The notes beneath the pieces were generated by a model. It searched no databases. It was not told where the DNA came from and was given only the letters and a program-made list of their open reading frames with translations. Shown here one piece after another: positions 1 to 13,250 of a stretch of DNA of 45,036 nt. Origin of the DNA: Octopus bimaculoides (Eukaryota); NCBI RefSeq assembly GCF_001194135.2, contig NC_069004.1:22290172-22335207 (forward strand), written 5' to 3'. Position 1 is the stretch's first letter. Every line of letters starts with the position of its first letter. A program made the translations under genes and the position numbers.

Positions 1-237
1 CGGGTGGCACATAAAAGACACCATTTCGAGCGTGGCCGTTTTCGTGCGGGTGACACGTAAAAGCACCCACTACACTCTCTGAGTGGTTGGCGTTAGGAAG
101 GGCATCCAGCTGTAGAAACTCTGCCAAATCAGACTGGAGCCTGGTGTTGCCATCCGGTTTCACCAGTCCTCAGTCAAATCGTCCAACCCATGCTAGCATG
201 GAAAGCGGACGTTAAACGATGATGATGATGATGATGA
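1..237 (+). mobile_element. SINE family B 3' portion with (GAT)n tail
   Basis: gagtggttggcgttaggaagggcatccagc...catgctagcatggaaagcggacgttaaac(gat)n. Related copies at ~7020-7250, 12060-12242, 12830-13250, 26985-27245, 34700-34900(-) and 42145-42429. Confidence 0.85.
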
Positions 238-282
238 TATACACATATATAAATATATATAAATATATGTGTTTATATGTTT

Positions 283-490
283 GTGTGTCTATGTTTGTCT
301 CCCCAACATCGCTTAACAGCCGAGGCTGATGTGTTTACGTCCCCGTAACTTAGTGGTTTGGCAAAAGGGACCAATAGAATAAGTACTAGGCTTATAAAAA
401 ATAAGTCCTGGGGTTGATTTGCTCGACTAAAGGTGGTGCTCCAGCATGGCCACAGTCAAATGACTGAAACGAGTAAAAGAGTAAAAGAGT
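283..490 (+). mobile_element. SINE family A (octopus OK/OR-like) 3' half
   Basis: ggtgctccagcatggccacagtcaaatgactgaaac...aaaagag terminus shared by more than 10 copies in the window. Confidence 0.85.
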
Positions 491-1254
491 ATGGTGCAAC
501 CAATAACATGGTAAAAATCCCTGCCATTAATGAAAAAAATTGAAATATTATCATCACTTACATGGAAAAATTGAAATATCATCTTTCAGTATTTTATAAG
601 GTAAAATCTTAAATTATTAATTGACACATTGTTAATTATCTTATAACAGCAATGCTTGAAAAAATCATGGATTACATGGAAAACTGCGAGCATGAAAAGT
701 CATATTCTTAAGATTATAAACCTGGAAAAGTACAGGACAAGTTATTATACCTGTAAAAATATAGGACAAACTATTACTTCTAGTAAAGTAAAGAAGAAGA
801 AACTTTTTACTTAAAATATTGCAGCTAAAATTAAAATTTGAATATTAAAATTTATTTTATTATAGTTTACAAATAACACTATACTTATTTAAGTAGAATT
901 TGGCTAATTTACTACCTTAAATACAGAAAAAAGTGACTAATTAGACGAACTTACAAATTAGCTGAACAATTTTGTACAATAATTTTTTTAAATGAGAACT
1001 GTAAAGAGTGACAAATTAGAAGAACTGGCCTTCTTTGCTGCAATATTTTAAATAAAAAGTTTCATATATAGAAAAGAAAAGAAATTATCTATACTTCTTG
1101 CTATAGTTAGCATGCCCATACCAACATATATATCTTCCCGAATCGGTTGTCAGACTTTGCACTTATTCAGGATTCCTCTTAAATCATTTTATACTAACTT
1201 TTTCATCTACCCTCCACATTGATTTTAATATGGACATGCAACCTCACAAATACA

Positions 1255-1376
1255 TCTATGTATATATATATATATAAGTATGTATGTATGTGTATATATA
1301 TATATAAGTATGTATGTATGTGTATATATATATATAAGTATGTATGTATGTGTATATATATATATAAGCATGTATG

Positions 1377-1408
<32 letters not shown>

Positions 1409-1433
1409 AGTATGTATGTATGTGTATATATAT

Positions 1434-1464
<31 letters not shown>

Positions 1465-1475
1465 CACACACACAC
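1255..1475. repeat. Compound microsatellite with ~30-bp higher-order unit, then (GA)n(CA)n
   Basis: (ta)n-agtatgtatgtatgtg repeated about 5 times. Confidence 0.9.
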
Positions 1476-2129
1476 AGAGATACCAAAGTGTACATACGCC
1501 GTTATATTTTTATATGTATAAAAACTATAAAAATGGGACAAGAACACGAAACATCCAGACAGTTAGGTGATAGAAAAAAGGGACAACAAAACATCCAGAC
1601 AGATGAAACAAAGAAAACAAGGACGGGTCATTTGGAGTTTTCTATCCTCAGTTGAGTTCCAGATTATCTTTGCAATTTTGGCTGGTTATAATCTAGATTG
1701 CTAAAGTCTGGCTGGCCCCAAGGAAAAACTAAGCTATGAGCATTAGATTCCTTGGAAGAAAGCAGTGAATGTATACAAAAACAAGGACGGAGAAAACGGA
1801 AAGTGTTACACAAATAAAAATAACACGACATAACAACAGGTGTCATTCGACTAAGGACGAATTGAATTAAGCTGGCGTGTGTGAAAGTAAAGCCTTACAG
1901 CAGGGACATGAGATTTTACAGGCAGCGAAAGGAATATAGATGTTGCAAGGATGGTAGTCAAACCAAGAAAGAAAAGTCAGGCTTGGCCAAAAACTGGTCA
2001 TGTGGGGAGAGAGAGAGAGAGAGAGAGAGGTAGAGGCAGAGGGATAGAAGAATTAAGGAGGGGTGAGAAAAAAATGAAAGGGACACAGTGAAATGAAAGA
2101 GGAGGGAAAGTGAGCAGTGAAACATTGGG

Positions 2130-2625
2130 ATCAATGTAATCAACTGTCTCCTCCCCCAGAATTCAGGCCTTATGCCAATAATAGAAAAAATTATTATTAT
2201 TAAAGCTGGCAGTATCATTAGTAGCATTTCGTCTATCTTAACATTCTGAGTTCAAATTTTACCAAGATTGACTTTGCCTTTCATCCTTTCATGGTCAATG
2301 AAATAAATACCAGTTGTGCAGCAGTGTTGATGTAATCAACTAGACCCTTCTCAAAATTTCAGGCCTTATGCCTTTAGTAGAAAGGATAATTATTAAGGCA
2401 GAGAGCTGTCAGAATTGTTAGGATGTAGGACAAAATGCTCAGTGGAATTTCTTCCAGCTCTTAATGTTCTGAATTCAAATCCTGCTGAGGTTGACTTTGC
2501 TTTTCATCCTTTTAGGGTCAATAAAATAAGTACCAGTAGAGCACTGAGGTCAACGTAATTGACTATCTCCTCCCCCAAATTTCAGGCCTTGTGCCTATAG
2601 TAGAAAGGATTATTATTATTATTAT
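2130..2625 (+). mobile_element. Head-to-tail array of ~3 tRNA-derived SINE family C copies
   Basis: Repeated ctgagttcaaat (B-box-like)...gactttgcctttcatccttt...aataagtaccag...tttcaggccttgtgcc. Other copies at 2990-3195(-), 6563-6757(-), 10958-11130 and 33855-34020. Confidence 0.75.
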
Positions 2626-3594
2626 TATTATCATCAATTGCAATAATTAAAATACAGCTGAAGATTCTTCTGGGTGAAGTGGGTAAATAACTGATCTGCT
2701 TACTGCTAATTACTTGCTCAATATTGATTAACTGCAGTCATTGAACCAGTTAGAACACCTCTATGTCAGTGCTCAATCTGCAAGAAACAGCAGCTAAATT
2801 CACTTCAAACAACCTCTTACCATCTTTAAAAAATTGGAAGGACACACAATGTTACAAGTGTTCAGATCTGAACTTTAGTTTGAGGACCAAAACAAGAAAC
2901 AAGAATGTGTCACAAGAAAATCTCAAGACCAAGTCTTCAGTAATGTGATATTGCTAACAATAATTTAGTATAAAGATCAAATATAATAATGGTTTCATAG
3001 TTTGGCATCAGGCCAGCAGGTCAACTGGTACTTATTTTATCAACCCCGAAAGGATGAAAGGCCAAGTTGACCACGGCAGAATTTGAACTCAGAGCATCAA
3101 GACGGAGAAACTGCTGCTAAGCATCAAGACGGACAAACTGCTGCTAAGCATTTTGTCCAGCGTACTAACGATTCTGCCAGTTCACCGCCTTAAGATCACA
3201 TGTAATAATAAAAACATGAAAGTTCAAACACATGATGCCATAGCTAACTGTGGATCAACATTCCACTATCAAAAGAGATCAACATTCATATCTTAGTCAA
3301 ACTAGCATAAAACAGCTGTCAGTCCAGTGTCAAAGTTAAAGAGTAAAAATAACAGTGTAAGAGCTTTTAAGTTGTTTTTTAGCTACAACAAATCACTGAT
3401 ACATGGTAGCTAGATTGGGTTACAAACAGATTATGCTATTCTTCAAGAGTGTATACTATCTTTTTACATCTGGGGTACTTGCTGCTTAGAAATTTTTTAT
3501 TTTTAAAAGTTAAGAATCCTAATGAATATCATAATAAATTGTCAACTACGTACATTAAAGCAGACTTGCAGACAATCCTTACATATATATTATC

Positions 3595-4050
3595 TTTACT
3601 TGTATCAGATATTAGACTGCAGCCATGCTGGATCACTGCTTTGAAGTGTTTAGTTGAACAAATTGACCCTAGTCCATATTTCCAAGTCTGCTACTTATTC
3701 TGTCAGACTTTTTGTCAAACTGCTAAGTTATGGGGAATGTAAGCAAACCAACACCAGTTGTCAAGGAGTGGAAGAAACACACACACATGGGTTACTGTTC
3801 CATTAAGTTAAGATCAACCAAAAAGTACTCCATCCAGTGAGAGATAAATGGACCCATGTCTCGAAAGCAAGAGACTATTAGTAGCTTGTATCTTTATACT
3901 GTGTACATTAAATGATACACACACATAACAAGCTTCTTTAAGTTTCTGTCTACCAAATCCACTCACAAGGCTGTGATTGACCTGAAACTATAGTAGAAAA
4001 CACTTGCCTGGAACCATGTGGTTGGAGAGTAAGCTCCTTACTACACAGCC
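3595..4050 (-). mobile_element. SINE family A, split around its central microsatellite
   Basis: 3' half at 3595-3790 and 5' half at 3925-4050 match the family. Confidence 0.7.
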
Positions 4051-4496
4051 CAAATTTTCATTTTGGGCTCCTTTCTAACATAATCTGTTACATTTAGAAA
4101 ATTTAGTACTACTTTGTACACATCTTTGTAACTCTTGCTATTAGAAATACAATGAATTTGTAATTGGCCCATTAGAAACCTGCAAATAATGATACTATTG
4201 CTAACTAACTAAGATATAAAATAAATAAAATGAGAACAACCAACTTAAAATATATCCTTGTATACACACACACACACTCAAAGCTTTGAATCAGTGACAG
4301 AAATCAGAAATCAATTGTAAAATTATATGAAAGACCAACATAGTTCACAATTCTCAATTAATCTTTGAACAAACAAACAAAAGTTTAATAAGGAATAAAT
4401 AAAAACAAACTCCAATCATATATTTAATTGCCAGAGGTGAAGACAAGAGTAAATAATGCTTAGCTAATTACAGACAACAATTGCTCAAAGATATAA

Positions 4497-4548
<52 letters not shown>

Positions 4549-4634
4549 AGAGATGGGCTTCAGTAAAGTCTCCATTTACAAAGTATTGTCAATTCATTTG
4601 AGAGAAAACACTTTCCCAAGGTACTACACATATT

Positions 4635-4670
<36 letters not shown>

Positions 4671-5109
4671 ATCCCCATACACACAAGTATATTATGCACA
4701 CACATACATAAGCAAGATAAATAGACAAATGTGTGTTACATGGTTATATTTTACAAAAGTCATTGTCATTTTAAAGTCTACATTACACTCACACATATAC
4801 ATATATATGTGTTTCATTCGTTAATAGTAGTTACAAAACTTTACATGTATATGTATATATTGTATGTAATATATAGGTATATGTGTGTATATATTTATGT
4901 ATATATAAATATGTGTATGTATGTGTATATGTGCGTATATATATATGTATGTGTGTATGTATATATATGTAATGAGATATGCAAGAATTTTTTATTTTCA
5001 TTGCCTTATCACTGTCTATCCAATCAATGTGCAATAAATTAGTTGAAAGATTTAATTAGACTCACATAAAACAATCACGTTAAAAATAAAATGTACACAA
5101 CACACACAC

Positions 5110-5156
<47 letters not shown>

Positions 5157-5310
5157 CATGACCTTGGCTAATACCTTCGGAACACCTTTCTAAGTATAAA
5201 CTGTGTAACTGAATTCTTTTGGAAATGAGAATTAGGAAAGGTAAACAACCATATAATTATTGATTTTTAACACAGGCACAAGATCATATATTTGGAGAGA
5301 GGGAATGGTA

Positions 5311-5462
5311 TTCTTTTACTTGTTTCAGTCATTTGACTGTGGCCATGCTGGAGCACCGCCTTTACTCAAGTAAATCAACCCCAGGACTTATTCTTTGCCG
5401 AACCGCTAAGTTACGGGGGACATAAACACATCAGCATCAGTTGTCGAACAATGTTGGGGAGA

Positions 5463-5509
<47 letters not shown>

Positions 5510-5673
5510 GACAGGCTTCCTTCAGTTTCCGTCTACCAAATCCACTCACAAGGCTTTGGTCAGCCTGAGGCTATAGTAGAAGACACTTGCCCAAGGTGCC
5601 ATGCAGTGGGACTGAACTCGGAACCATGTGGTTGGTAAGCAAGCTACTTACCACACAGCCACTCCTGCACCTA
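5311..5673 (-). mobile_element. SINE family A, full length
   Basis: tRNA-like head (ggagtggctgtgtggtaagtagc...ggttccgagttcagtccc), central (CA)/(TA) tract and conserved 3' end. Confidence 0.88.
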
Positions 5674-8044
5674 TATGTATGTGCAATTTTTATCAACTTC
5701 TTATGCTTGACTGTTTGATATTTTATCAAACCTCAGAAGGATTAAAGACAAAGATGACCTTGACAAGGGTTTTAACTTAGAATATAAAGGAATGCAACTA
5801 ACTAGATGGAGGTTTTGTTTCAAACTTGCTTTTCTTTTTTTTTTTAACATTTTATTTTTATTTTTGTCTCCTTATAAAACTATTTTAATTGACTGTCTAA
5901 TTCAGTTGTATTTTATGTTATTCTGCTATCTACTTGTGTATTAAACCTTATAGAAATTGCATTTATATCTCTAATGTGCACACATCAAAGTATAAACAAA
6001 TTCTGCATATATTGAGTACTATTTCTTTTAAGTGTGTGTGTGTGTGTGTACATGTAGTATTTACTGTCACAGGGTTTAGATTTGAAACCAAGACCATACA
6101 GTAACAAGAAATAGACCACAGCATATTAGGTGGCTTGTCCTGAATTCTGACCAATAGTATTTCAGCTGCAATCATATGATCAATAGAATTTTCCATTAGC
6201 TTCCTGCAAAAAACATGGCTATGAACTGAGATGTGCATCACAATTAGTCAAGGGAGCCAGAGAGGCAACAGAGATCTGTGAGAAGACAAAGTTTTTTGGT
6301 CAATACTCAACCCTGGGTAAAAAGGAATTGTTTGTCTCGCCTCTCATAACATGAAAATATAGCTGTCTTTTCTCGATGGTATGCAGTCATATCTCTAGTG
6401 ACAAATGCCTATCTAGACACTTCTAGAATATCGTTTATGCATGTCAAAAAAACTCAGCATATTTTTATGTAAACAAATGGTTTCCTCATAAACTTCGAAT
6501 GAACTTGGTTTTAATATGGATAACAACATGCAGCCTAACATGTATAATCAAATATCAGTTTGAAATTTTGGCACAAGGCCAGCAATTTTGGGAGAGGGCA
6601 TAAGTCAATTACATCAGTGCTCAGATAGTTCTTATTTTATCAACCCAGAAAGGATAAAAGGTACAGTCAACCTTAGAGTAATTTGAACCGAGAATGTAAA
6701 GGCAGGCAAAAAGGTGGCTAAACATTTTGCCTGGTGTGTGCCAGCTCACTGCCTTGAGTATAACCAAATATAAATAACCCATCTAACAAGTTCTAAAGAT
6801 GTATAAGTGAATTTAAATAACAAATGCATTTTGGATATAAATTTTATTTCTATAAGACAGCTGAAAACTGGGAACATAAATGCTATATGTACCTTACTTC
6901 AATTATATGGTTTTGATTTCTGAGATAGCTACCTCTGGCTTAAGAACCAGAAGTTGCTTCAACTCCTGTTTTTGTCCCTGTCTTCACTTGGCATAAAGAC
7001 AGCTCTCTCAGTACCACACCAACTTCCTCAGTTGAGAGATCTTGTCTTGTGATTCACTTGGTGACCTCCATGTGCTGGTGCCATGTTAAAAACACCCAGT
7101 ACACTCTGTTGAGTGGTTAGCATCAAGAAGAGTATCCAGTTGTAGAAACTATGCCAAAGGAGACATTGGAGCTTGGCACAGTCCTCTGGCTCCTGTCAAA
7201 CCATTCAACCCATACTAGCATGGAAAACAGATGATTATGATGATTGATGAGAATCCCACATTTGGAAATCAATCATTAGACTGTGCAGAGATCAGTGGTG
7301 ATCCTGACCAAGATATTAAAACATCTTGAGTAAAGTCAATGCAGTGGTTTAATTTTCACCATCTCCAGTTACAATCCTCCATACCTTTCATGAACCAGTG
7401 AGGGACCCTCCATGCGATAATTCAATCTGCTAGAAACAGCAACCAAATTACCATATCTAAAACTGATATGTTGGATAACAGAAACCTAGGTTCACTGAAG
7501 ATTAGGAAAAAATAACAGGATGATCACAGCTAGAATGCCTTTGATTTATAGGTCTCAGTTAGAACAGACCCAAAATAATAAATGCTGAAGCAAAGTTAGC
7601 AGTTTTTGTGTGTTTATGAATGGCTAATGTCTTCTATGTTGTAAATGCCTTAGTATCAACACAATCTCAGATCCAATGACTTCCTAGACAAGTGGCATCT
7701 CTGAAATGAAAACTTAGTCTTCTAGGATTCATAAAGCAGCAGCAGAGTTTTATTGCTACAACAGTGACATATGTGGGACATTAATTACAAAGCTCAGAAA
7801 CATCTGGAGTGTGAAAGAGAGAAGAGAACAAGGAAAATGAGACAGACAGGGGGAAATGTCAGTGTGGAGGAAAAGGAGTCAGAAAGAGGAAAAGGGGGAG
7901 GGGAGAAACAAGGAGACTTTGAAGACAGAGTTACTGTTTTTAAAAACAGAGCTACTGTTTTTTTACAGCCAGTTTTTCTATACTGGCACAAGTTGGACAA
8001 AACTTTTTGAGATATTTTGCAGTTGGATGTCCTTTTTTTATTAT

Positions 8045-9097
8045 TACTTGTTCCAGCCATTTGACTGTGGCCATGCTGGGACACTGCCTTGAAGAATTTC
8101 AGTCAAATGAGTCAACCCCAGTACTCATTTTTTCAGTTTTTTTAAAACCTGGTACTTATTCTATCAGTCTTTTGCCAAACTGCTAAGTTATGGGGATATA
8201 AAAACACCAACACCAGTTGTCAAGCAATGGTGAGGGACAAACACTAACACACACACATATATATATCAGTGGCAACACTGGCACTCGGGCTGTTCAGGCT
8301 TAGCCCGAGTATAAATTTAGTAAAGTGACCGTGTAATTGCAATTTGATTTAATTTCTGCCAACACTGACTTCAAGTATGCAATTGCAGCCAATAACTCGG
8401 GCTCCTTTTATTGAGCCTGGTCACAATTCATTTATTTTCTTTCAGCATCTGGCGGATGTCTTAGGGGTGCTCTATGTCAAAAAATATCACTCTAAGCAGA
8501 CATTCTCTCAACATCGTTCATACGCGATTGACTCAGGCTCAGAAGTTACAGCCTGAGTTGTAAATTATCCAGCAACTCATGCTAATACAAACAAGTCTGG
8601 TAGGTGTAAAAGACTAACTGGCATCTTTTGTTGAGTACAGGCAACAGTCAGATTGCTGATGTTTGTTGTGCACTCCGCTGTTGTCATTTGATTACTGTTA
8701 TTCTATGTGTTGTGTAAAGATCAATTGTGTCTTGCAGGGTTGCTTTATTTTTACCCTTAACTTAGAAATGGAGAAAGACATAGTGCTAGATATGAAAAAT
8801 AAGCCATTTGGGGCTAGAAATAAAGTGGAGAAACGTGAAATTCTTTGAGCAGGCATGCGTCTTATGTGAAATCTGTGATGAGCTTGAGTGATGCTAATGA
8901 CCTGGAGTCACTTCTGATATATATATATTATATTATGTTATATATGATGGGCTTCCATCTACCAAATCCACTCACTGGGCTTTGGTGAGCCCAAGGCTCT
9001 AGAAAAAGACACGTGCCCAAGGCACCACACAGTGAGACTGAACCCAGAACAATGTGGTTAGGAAGCAAGCTTCTTCCCACACAGCCATGCCTACACC
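8045..9097 (-). mobile_element. SINE family A interrupted by a ~650-bp insertion (8267-8917) in its central TA tract
   Basis: 3' half at 8045-8260 and 5' half at 8945-9097 are co-oriented and flank unrelated sequence bounded by (TA)n. Confidence 0.7.
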
Positions 9098-9419
9098 TAA
9101 ATTTCCTGCTGCTAAATTTTTTAGCTACTGCCTATGACACAGGGATTCAGTGAACTTTTTATGAAATGGGATAGACAGGGACCAGTGTGACTTAAAAAAG
9201 GAAAGAAGAAAGAAGCAGGTAGTACATCCATGCATAAAAATAAAATGCCATGCTCCTGGAGAAACATTTTTTCTTGTTTAGATCCCAAATCAATGGTGTC
9301 TTGGGGAGAAAAGTTTTGGCTCAGCTTTTTGTCATGATGTAATATATCAGACAACAATGGACACAGCATTTCAAGGAGAGATGGTTCTTTTCCATTTTCT
9401 TTTTTAAACCATTATGCAT

Positions 9420-10390
9420 AATGTTTTCACCAGAAGAGAAAGTGAAAAGGACAAGCAGAGAGAGAAAGAGATAAAGGGAATGAAGAGGGTAGAAGAGATA
9501 AAAAGAAAGGAAAGGGGCAGGCAGAGAAATATAAAAAAGAAAGAGAAGCGGAGAAAGGAAGTAAAAAGTAAAAGAAAAGAAAAATGGAGATAAAAGCTTA
9601 GAAATGTGATTTTTTTTTCCTCCTCACAGTTGAGTAATGCTTAGAATTATAGAGGAATGTTCAAAAGGTTAGGTAAAAAAAAAAAAAAAGCTTACCATCA
9701 CCCTTTTTAATATCCCACACAACAATGTTATTTCCACCATTACTACCACTGTCTGGTACAACATCCATAACCACTTGCCTCTACACACTTCCCACCATTA
9801 CCCTCTGCACCACCACCATCTCCAACACCTCAATATTCCTACTACCATCGCCACCAACACTGAGATTACAACCAGCAGCCAAAATGGCAATCCACAGAAA
9901 TAAAATTATTAAAAAAAAAGAAAGAAAAAACAATAAAAAGACATAAGAAAGAATAATTTTTTAAAATCCTGATGATGGAGTGGAGTAGAAGGAAAGAGAT
10001 AACTAACTAACCATGGCAATAGATTACAGAAAGACCAATTACTTGATAAAATGAAATAGGAAAGGTGATGATGGTGGTGCAGTTTGGAGGGGGGAGATGG
10101 TGTGATAGCAGTAATAGTGGTTGTGGTATGGTGATGACAATGGTAGTGGTGGTGGTGGTAATGGTGAGGTGATTTTGAAGATAGTGATGGAAAAATTGGG
10201 GATGATAGCAATGGGTAGTATTTGTGATGAGGATGATGGTATGATGGTGAGGAGGAGGAGGGGTAGGGGATGATACTAAAAATGATAGTGAGGATGGAGT
10301 GGTAAGAGTGAAGGTGTTTGTGGTAGTTATAGCAGGGGTGATAATGAAGGTAGAAGGGGGAGGTGATAGTTCGGGATATTGTCTCAGATC
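9420..10390. repeat. Low-complexity purine-rich and cryptic CAC/GGT/GAT triplet region
   Basis: Base composition; explains the His/Thr/Pro-rich spurious ORFs. Confidence 0.8.
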
Positions 10391-10461
10391 TACAACTAGC
10401 ATAAAATAGTGACTGGTAGAAAGTCTCAGAGCTTAGTTAACTTTTTTCTTATATACATATA

Positions 10462-10860
10462 TCTTTTACTTGTTCCAGTCATTAGACTGTGGCCATGCTG
10501 GGGCACTGCCTTGAAGAATTTTAGTCAAACTAATCAACTTACTTTCTTTTTAAGCCTGGTACTTATTCTATCAATCTCTTTTTGCCAAACCACTAAGTGA
10601 CAGGGATGTAAACACACCAACACTGGTTGTCAAGTGGTAGTGGAGAACAAACACAGACATGACATACACACACACACACACAAACATATGTGTGTATGTG
10701 TGTGTGTGTGGTGGGATTCTTTCAGTTTCTGTCTACTAAATTCACTCATAAGGCTTTAGTCAGCTCATGGCTATAGAAGACACTTGCCCAAGGTGCCACA
10801 CAGTGGAACTGAACCCAGAACTATGTTGCGGTTGGGAAGCAAGCTTCATACCAAACAACC
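10462..10860 (-). mobile_element. SINE family A, near full length
   Basis: Matches the 5311-5673 copy throughout. Confidence 0.85.
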
Positions 10861-11242
10861 AATAGCTTCATAAAAAGCGACCATTCGACTAAAGACTGAA
10901 ACAAAAGATAAAGATATAAGAAAACTAGAAAAAGCTATAATAATATTTATGCATCTTAAGGTGGCAGGCTGGTAGAATCGTTAGCATGCTGGGCAAAATG
11001 CTTAGCAACATTTTGTCCATCCTCACATTCTGGGTTTCAATTCTGCTGAGGTTGACTTTGCCTCTAATCCTTTTGGGGTCAATATAATAAGTTCCAGTTA
11101 AGTAATAGGGTCGATGTGATTGACCTACCCGCTTCCTGCTGAACGTGCTAGCCTGGTAATAAATTTAAAACCCATATTTATGCATCTTGAAAAACAAAAT
11201 TTTGAGCAATAGTTAGCTATACTCTTTTCTAAATTTATCTTT

Positions 11243-12398
11243 ACTTTTACTTGTTTCAATCTATTGACTGCAGTCATGCTGGAGTACCACCTTAAAGGGT
11301 TTCTTAGTCGAAGAAATTGACCCCAGGACTTATTCTTTGTCAGCCTAGTACTTATTCTATCTGTCTTTTCTTGCTGAACCGCTAAATTATGGGGACATAA
11401 ACACACCAACATCAGTTGTCAAGTAATGGTGGGGAGACAAACACAGAAACAAAGGCATGTACACATAAATACATACATATATGTACATAAGTTGCTGAGT
11501 TACTCTTGAGCGTTGGGCCTCACGGAGGCAAAGTGGCTGAGTTCCTTTTGAGCGCTGGGCCTCACGGAGGCAAAGTGGCTGAGTTCCTTTTGAGCGCTGG
11601 GCCTCACGGAGGCAAAGTGGCTGAGTTCTTTTTGAGTGTTGGGCCTCACGGAGGCAAAGTAGCTGAGTTCCTTTTGAGTGCTGGGCCTCACGGAGGCAAA
11701 GTNNNNNNNNNNNNNNNNNNNNNNNNNNNNNNNNNNNNNNNNNNNNNNNNNNNNNNNNNNNNNNNNNNNNNNNNNNNNNNNNNNNNNNNNNNNNNNNNNN
11801 NNNNNNNNNNNNNNNNNNNNNNNNNNNNNNNNNNNCTTTTGAGCGTTGGGCCTCACGGAGGCAAAGTGGCTGAGTTCCTTTTGAGCGTTGGGCCTCACGG
11901 AGGCAAAGTGGCTGAGTTCCTTTTGAGCGTTGGGCCTCACGGAGGCAATGACTGAGACTTTTGGCATTATGTCATGCTTCTGAAGACCCATCAAGCCAAG
12001 CAAAATTGCAGTTGTGGCACATACCAATGTCGTCCAAATTGGCACATAAACTCACCTTAGTGTCACGCAAATGGCATTTAAAGCACCCATTACACTCTCA
12101 GAGTGGTTGGCCTTAGGAAGGGTATCCAACCATAGAAAACCATGCCAAATCAGACTGGAGTCTGGTGCAACCTTCCAGCCCAGTCAAACCATCCAACCCA
12201 TGCCAGCATGGACAACGGACATTAAATGATGATGATGATGATTTCTTTCAGTTTCTGTCTACCAAATTCACTCACAAGGCTTTGGTTAGCTCAAGGCTAT
12301 TGCAGAAGACACTTACTTGAGGTACCATGCAGTGGGACTGAACCTCGAACCATGTAGTTGGGAAACAAGCATCTTATCAAATAGCCATGCCTGTGCCT
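11243..12398 (-). mobile_element. SINE family A split by a nested SINE B plus minisatellite
   Basis: 3' half at 11243-11480 and 5' half at 12243-12398. Confidence 0.7.
11503..11950. repeat. 42-bp minisatellite, at least 8 copies, spanning an assembly gap (11703-11835)
   Basis: Unit ttttgagcgttgggcctcacggaggcaaagtggctgagttcc; the ORF track shows 14-aa periodicity on both strands. Confidence 0.95.
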
Positions 12399-12507
12399 AT
12401 ATGAAGCCTCTTTTTTTACTTCTCAAGTGAAGTGTATCACTAATTTTTTGTTTGATCTCTAGTATGCCACAAAGTCAAAAAGATTGAGATCCACTAATAT
12501 AAACCAA

Positions 12508-12720
12508 CCCTTTAACATTTATCTGTCAAATGTAATGCTTATTTATTCACATTGTTTTGAAGCTATCATGCATTATCTTGTGGCTTTGAGGTTTTGATGG
12601 TGTGATTGTTTATTTTTAGAATGACATTGTAGGGAAGTGTGGAAGGTTGGTTCTGGCCAATGTGAACATAAAACAGGTAGAACATTTGGGCTGGATATGG
12701 CCGGTTTAAATGCTAAAGAG
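12508..12720 (+). mobile_element. piggyBac-like MITE
   Basis: TIRs ccctttaacatt / aatgctaaagag with TTAA on the right. The internal sequence is shared with copies at 34090 and 41256. Confidence 0.7.
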
Positions 12721-12829
12721 TTAAAAGAGAAGAAAACTGATAACTAATCTCTTTGACAATTGCTGAGAATGGTGAGAAGGAGAGAGAATGCATAAGGGTG
12801 GAATTGAGAATTTATTAATGCTAATGATC

Positions 12830-13250
12830 ACATAGCGAAGGTGAGTGACCTAGTAGTTAGGGTGTTGCATTCATGATTACAAGATTATGGTTTTGATTCC
12901 TAGACTGGGTAGTACATTGTATTCATGAGCAAAACACTTGCCATTTCATCTTGCTCCAGTCCACTCAGCTGTAAACGAGTAACCCTGCAACAGTATGCCA
13001 TTCAGGAGGAAATATTATCTCAGTTACTCCCAAGTGTGGGGTCTTTGCTTTGCAAGTTACTTGGTAACCTCACTGATGCTGGAGCCACATAAAAAGCCCC
13101 CAGTACCCTCTGTAAAGTGGTTGGCATTAGGAAAAGCATCCAGCCATAGAAACCATGCCAAAGAGTTTGGCACAGTCTTTCTGGTTTGCCAGCTCCTGTC
13201 AAACCATCCAACCCATGCCAGCATAGAGATTGGACATTAAATGATAATGA
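12830..13250 (+). mobile_element. Degenerate tRNA-head SINE with CORE-like central block and family-B 3' tail
   Basis: gagcaaaacactt...ttgctccagtccactcagctgtaaa matches the 37085-37410 element, followed by the family-B tail. Confidence 0.6.

Noticed and set aside
1203-1570. Many [16 protein letters not shown] ORFs here and across the window
   Set aside because: Translations of TA, CA and GA microsatellites.
9909-10402. His/Thr/Pro-rich ORFs
   Set aside because: Cryptic triplet repeats.
11500-12045. Repeat-protein ORF (SVRPNAQKELSHFA)n, or a CRISPR-like array
   Set aside because: Direct tandem 42-bp units with no unique spacers, in a eukaryotic TE nest; no splice or expression support.
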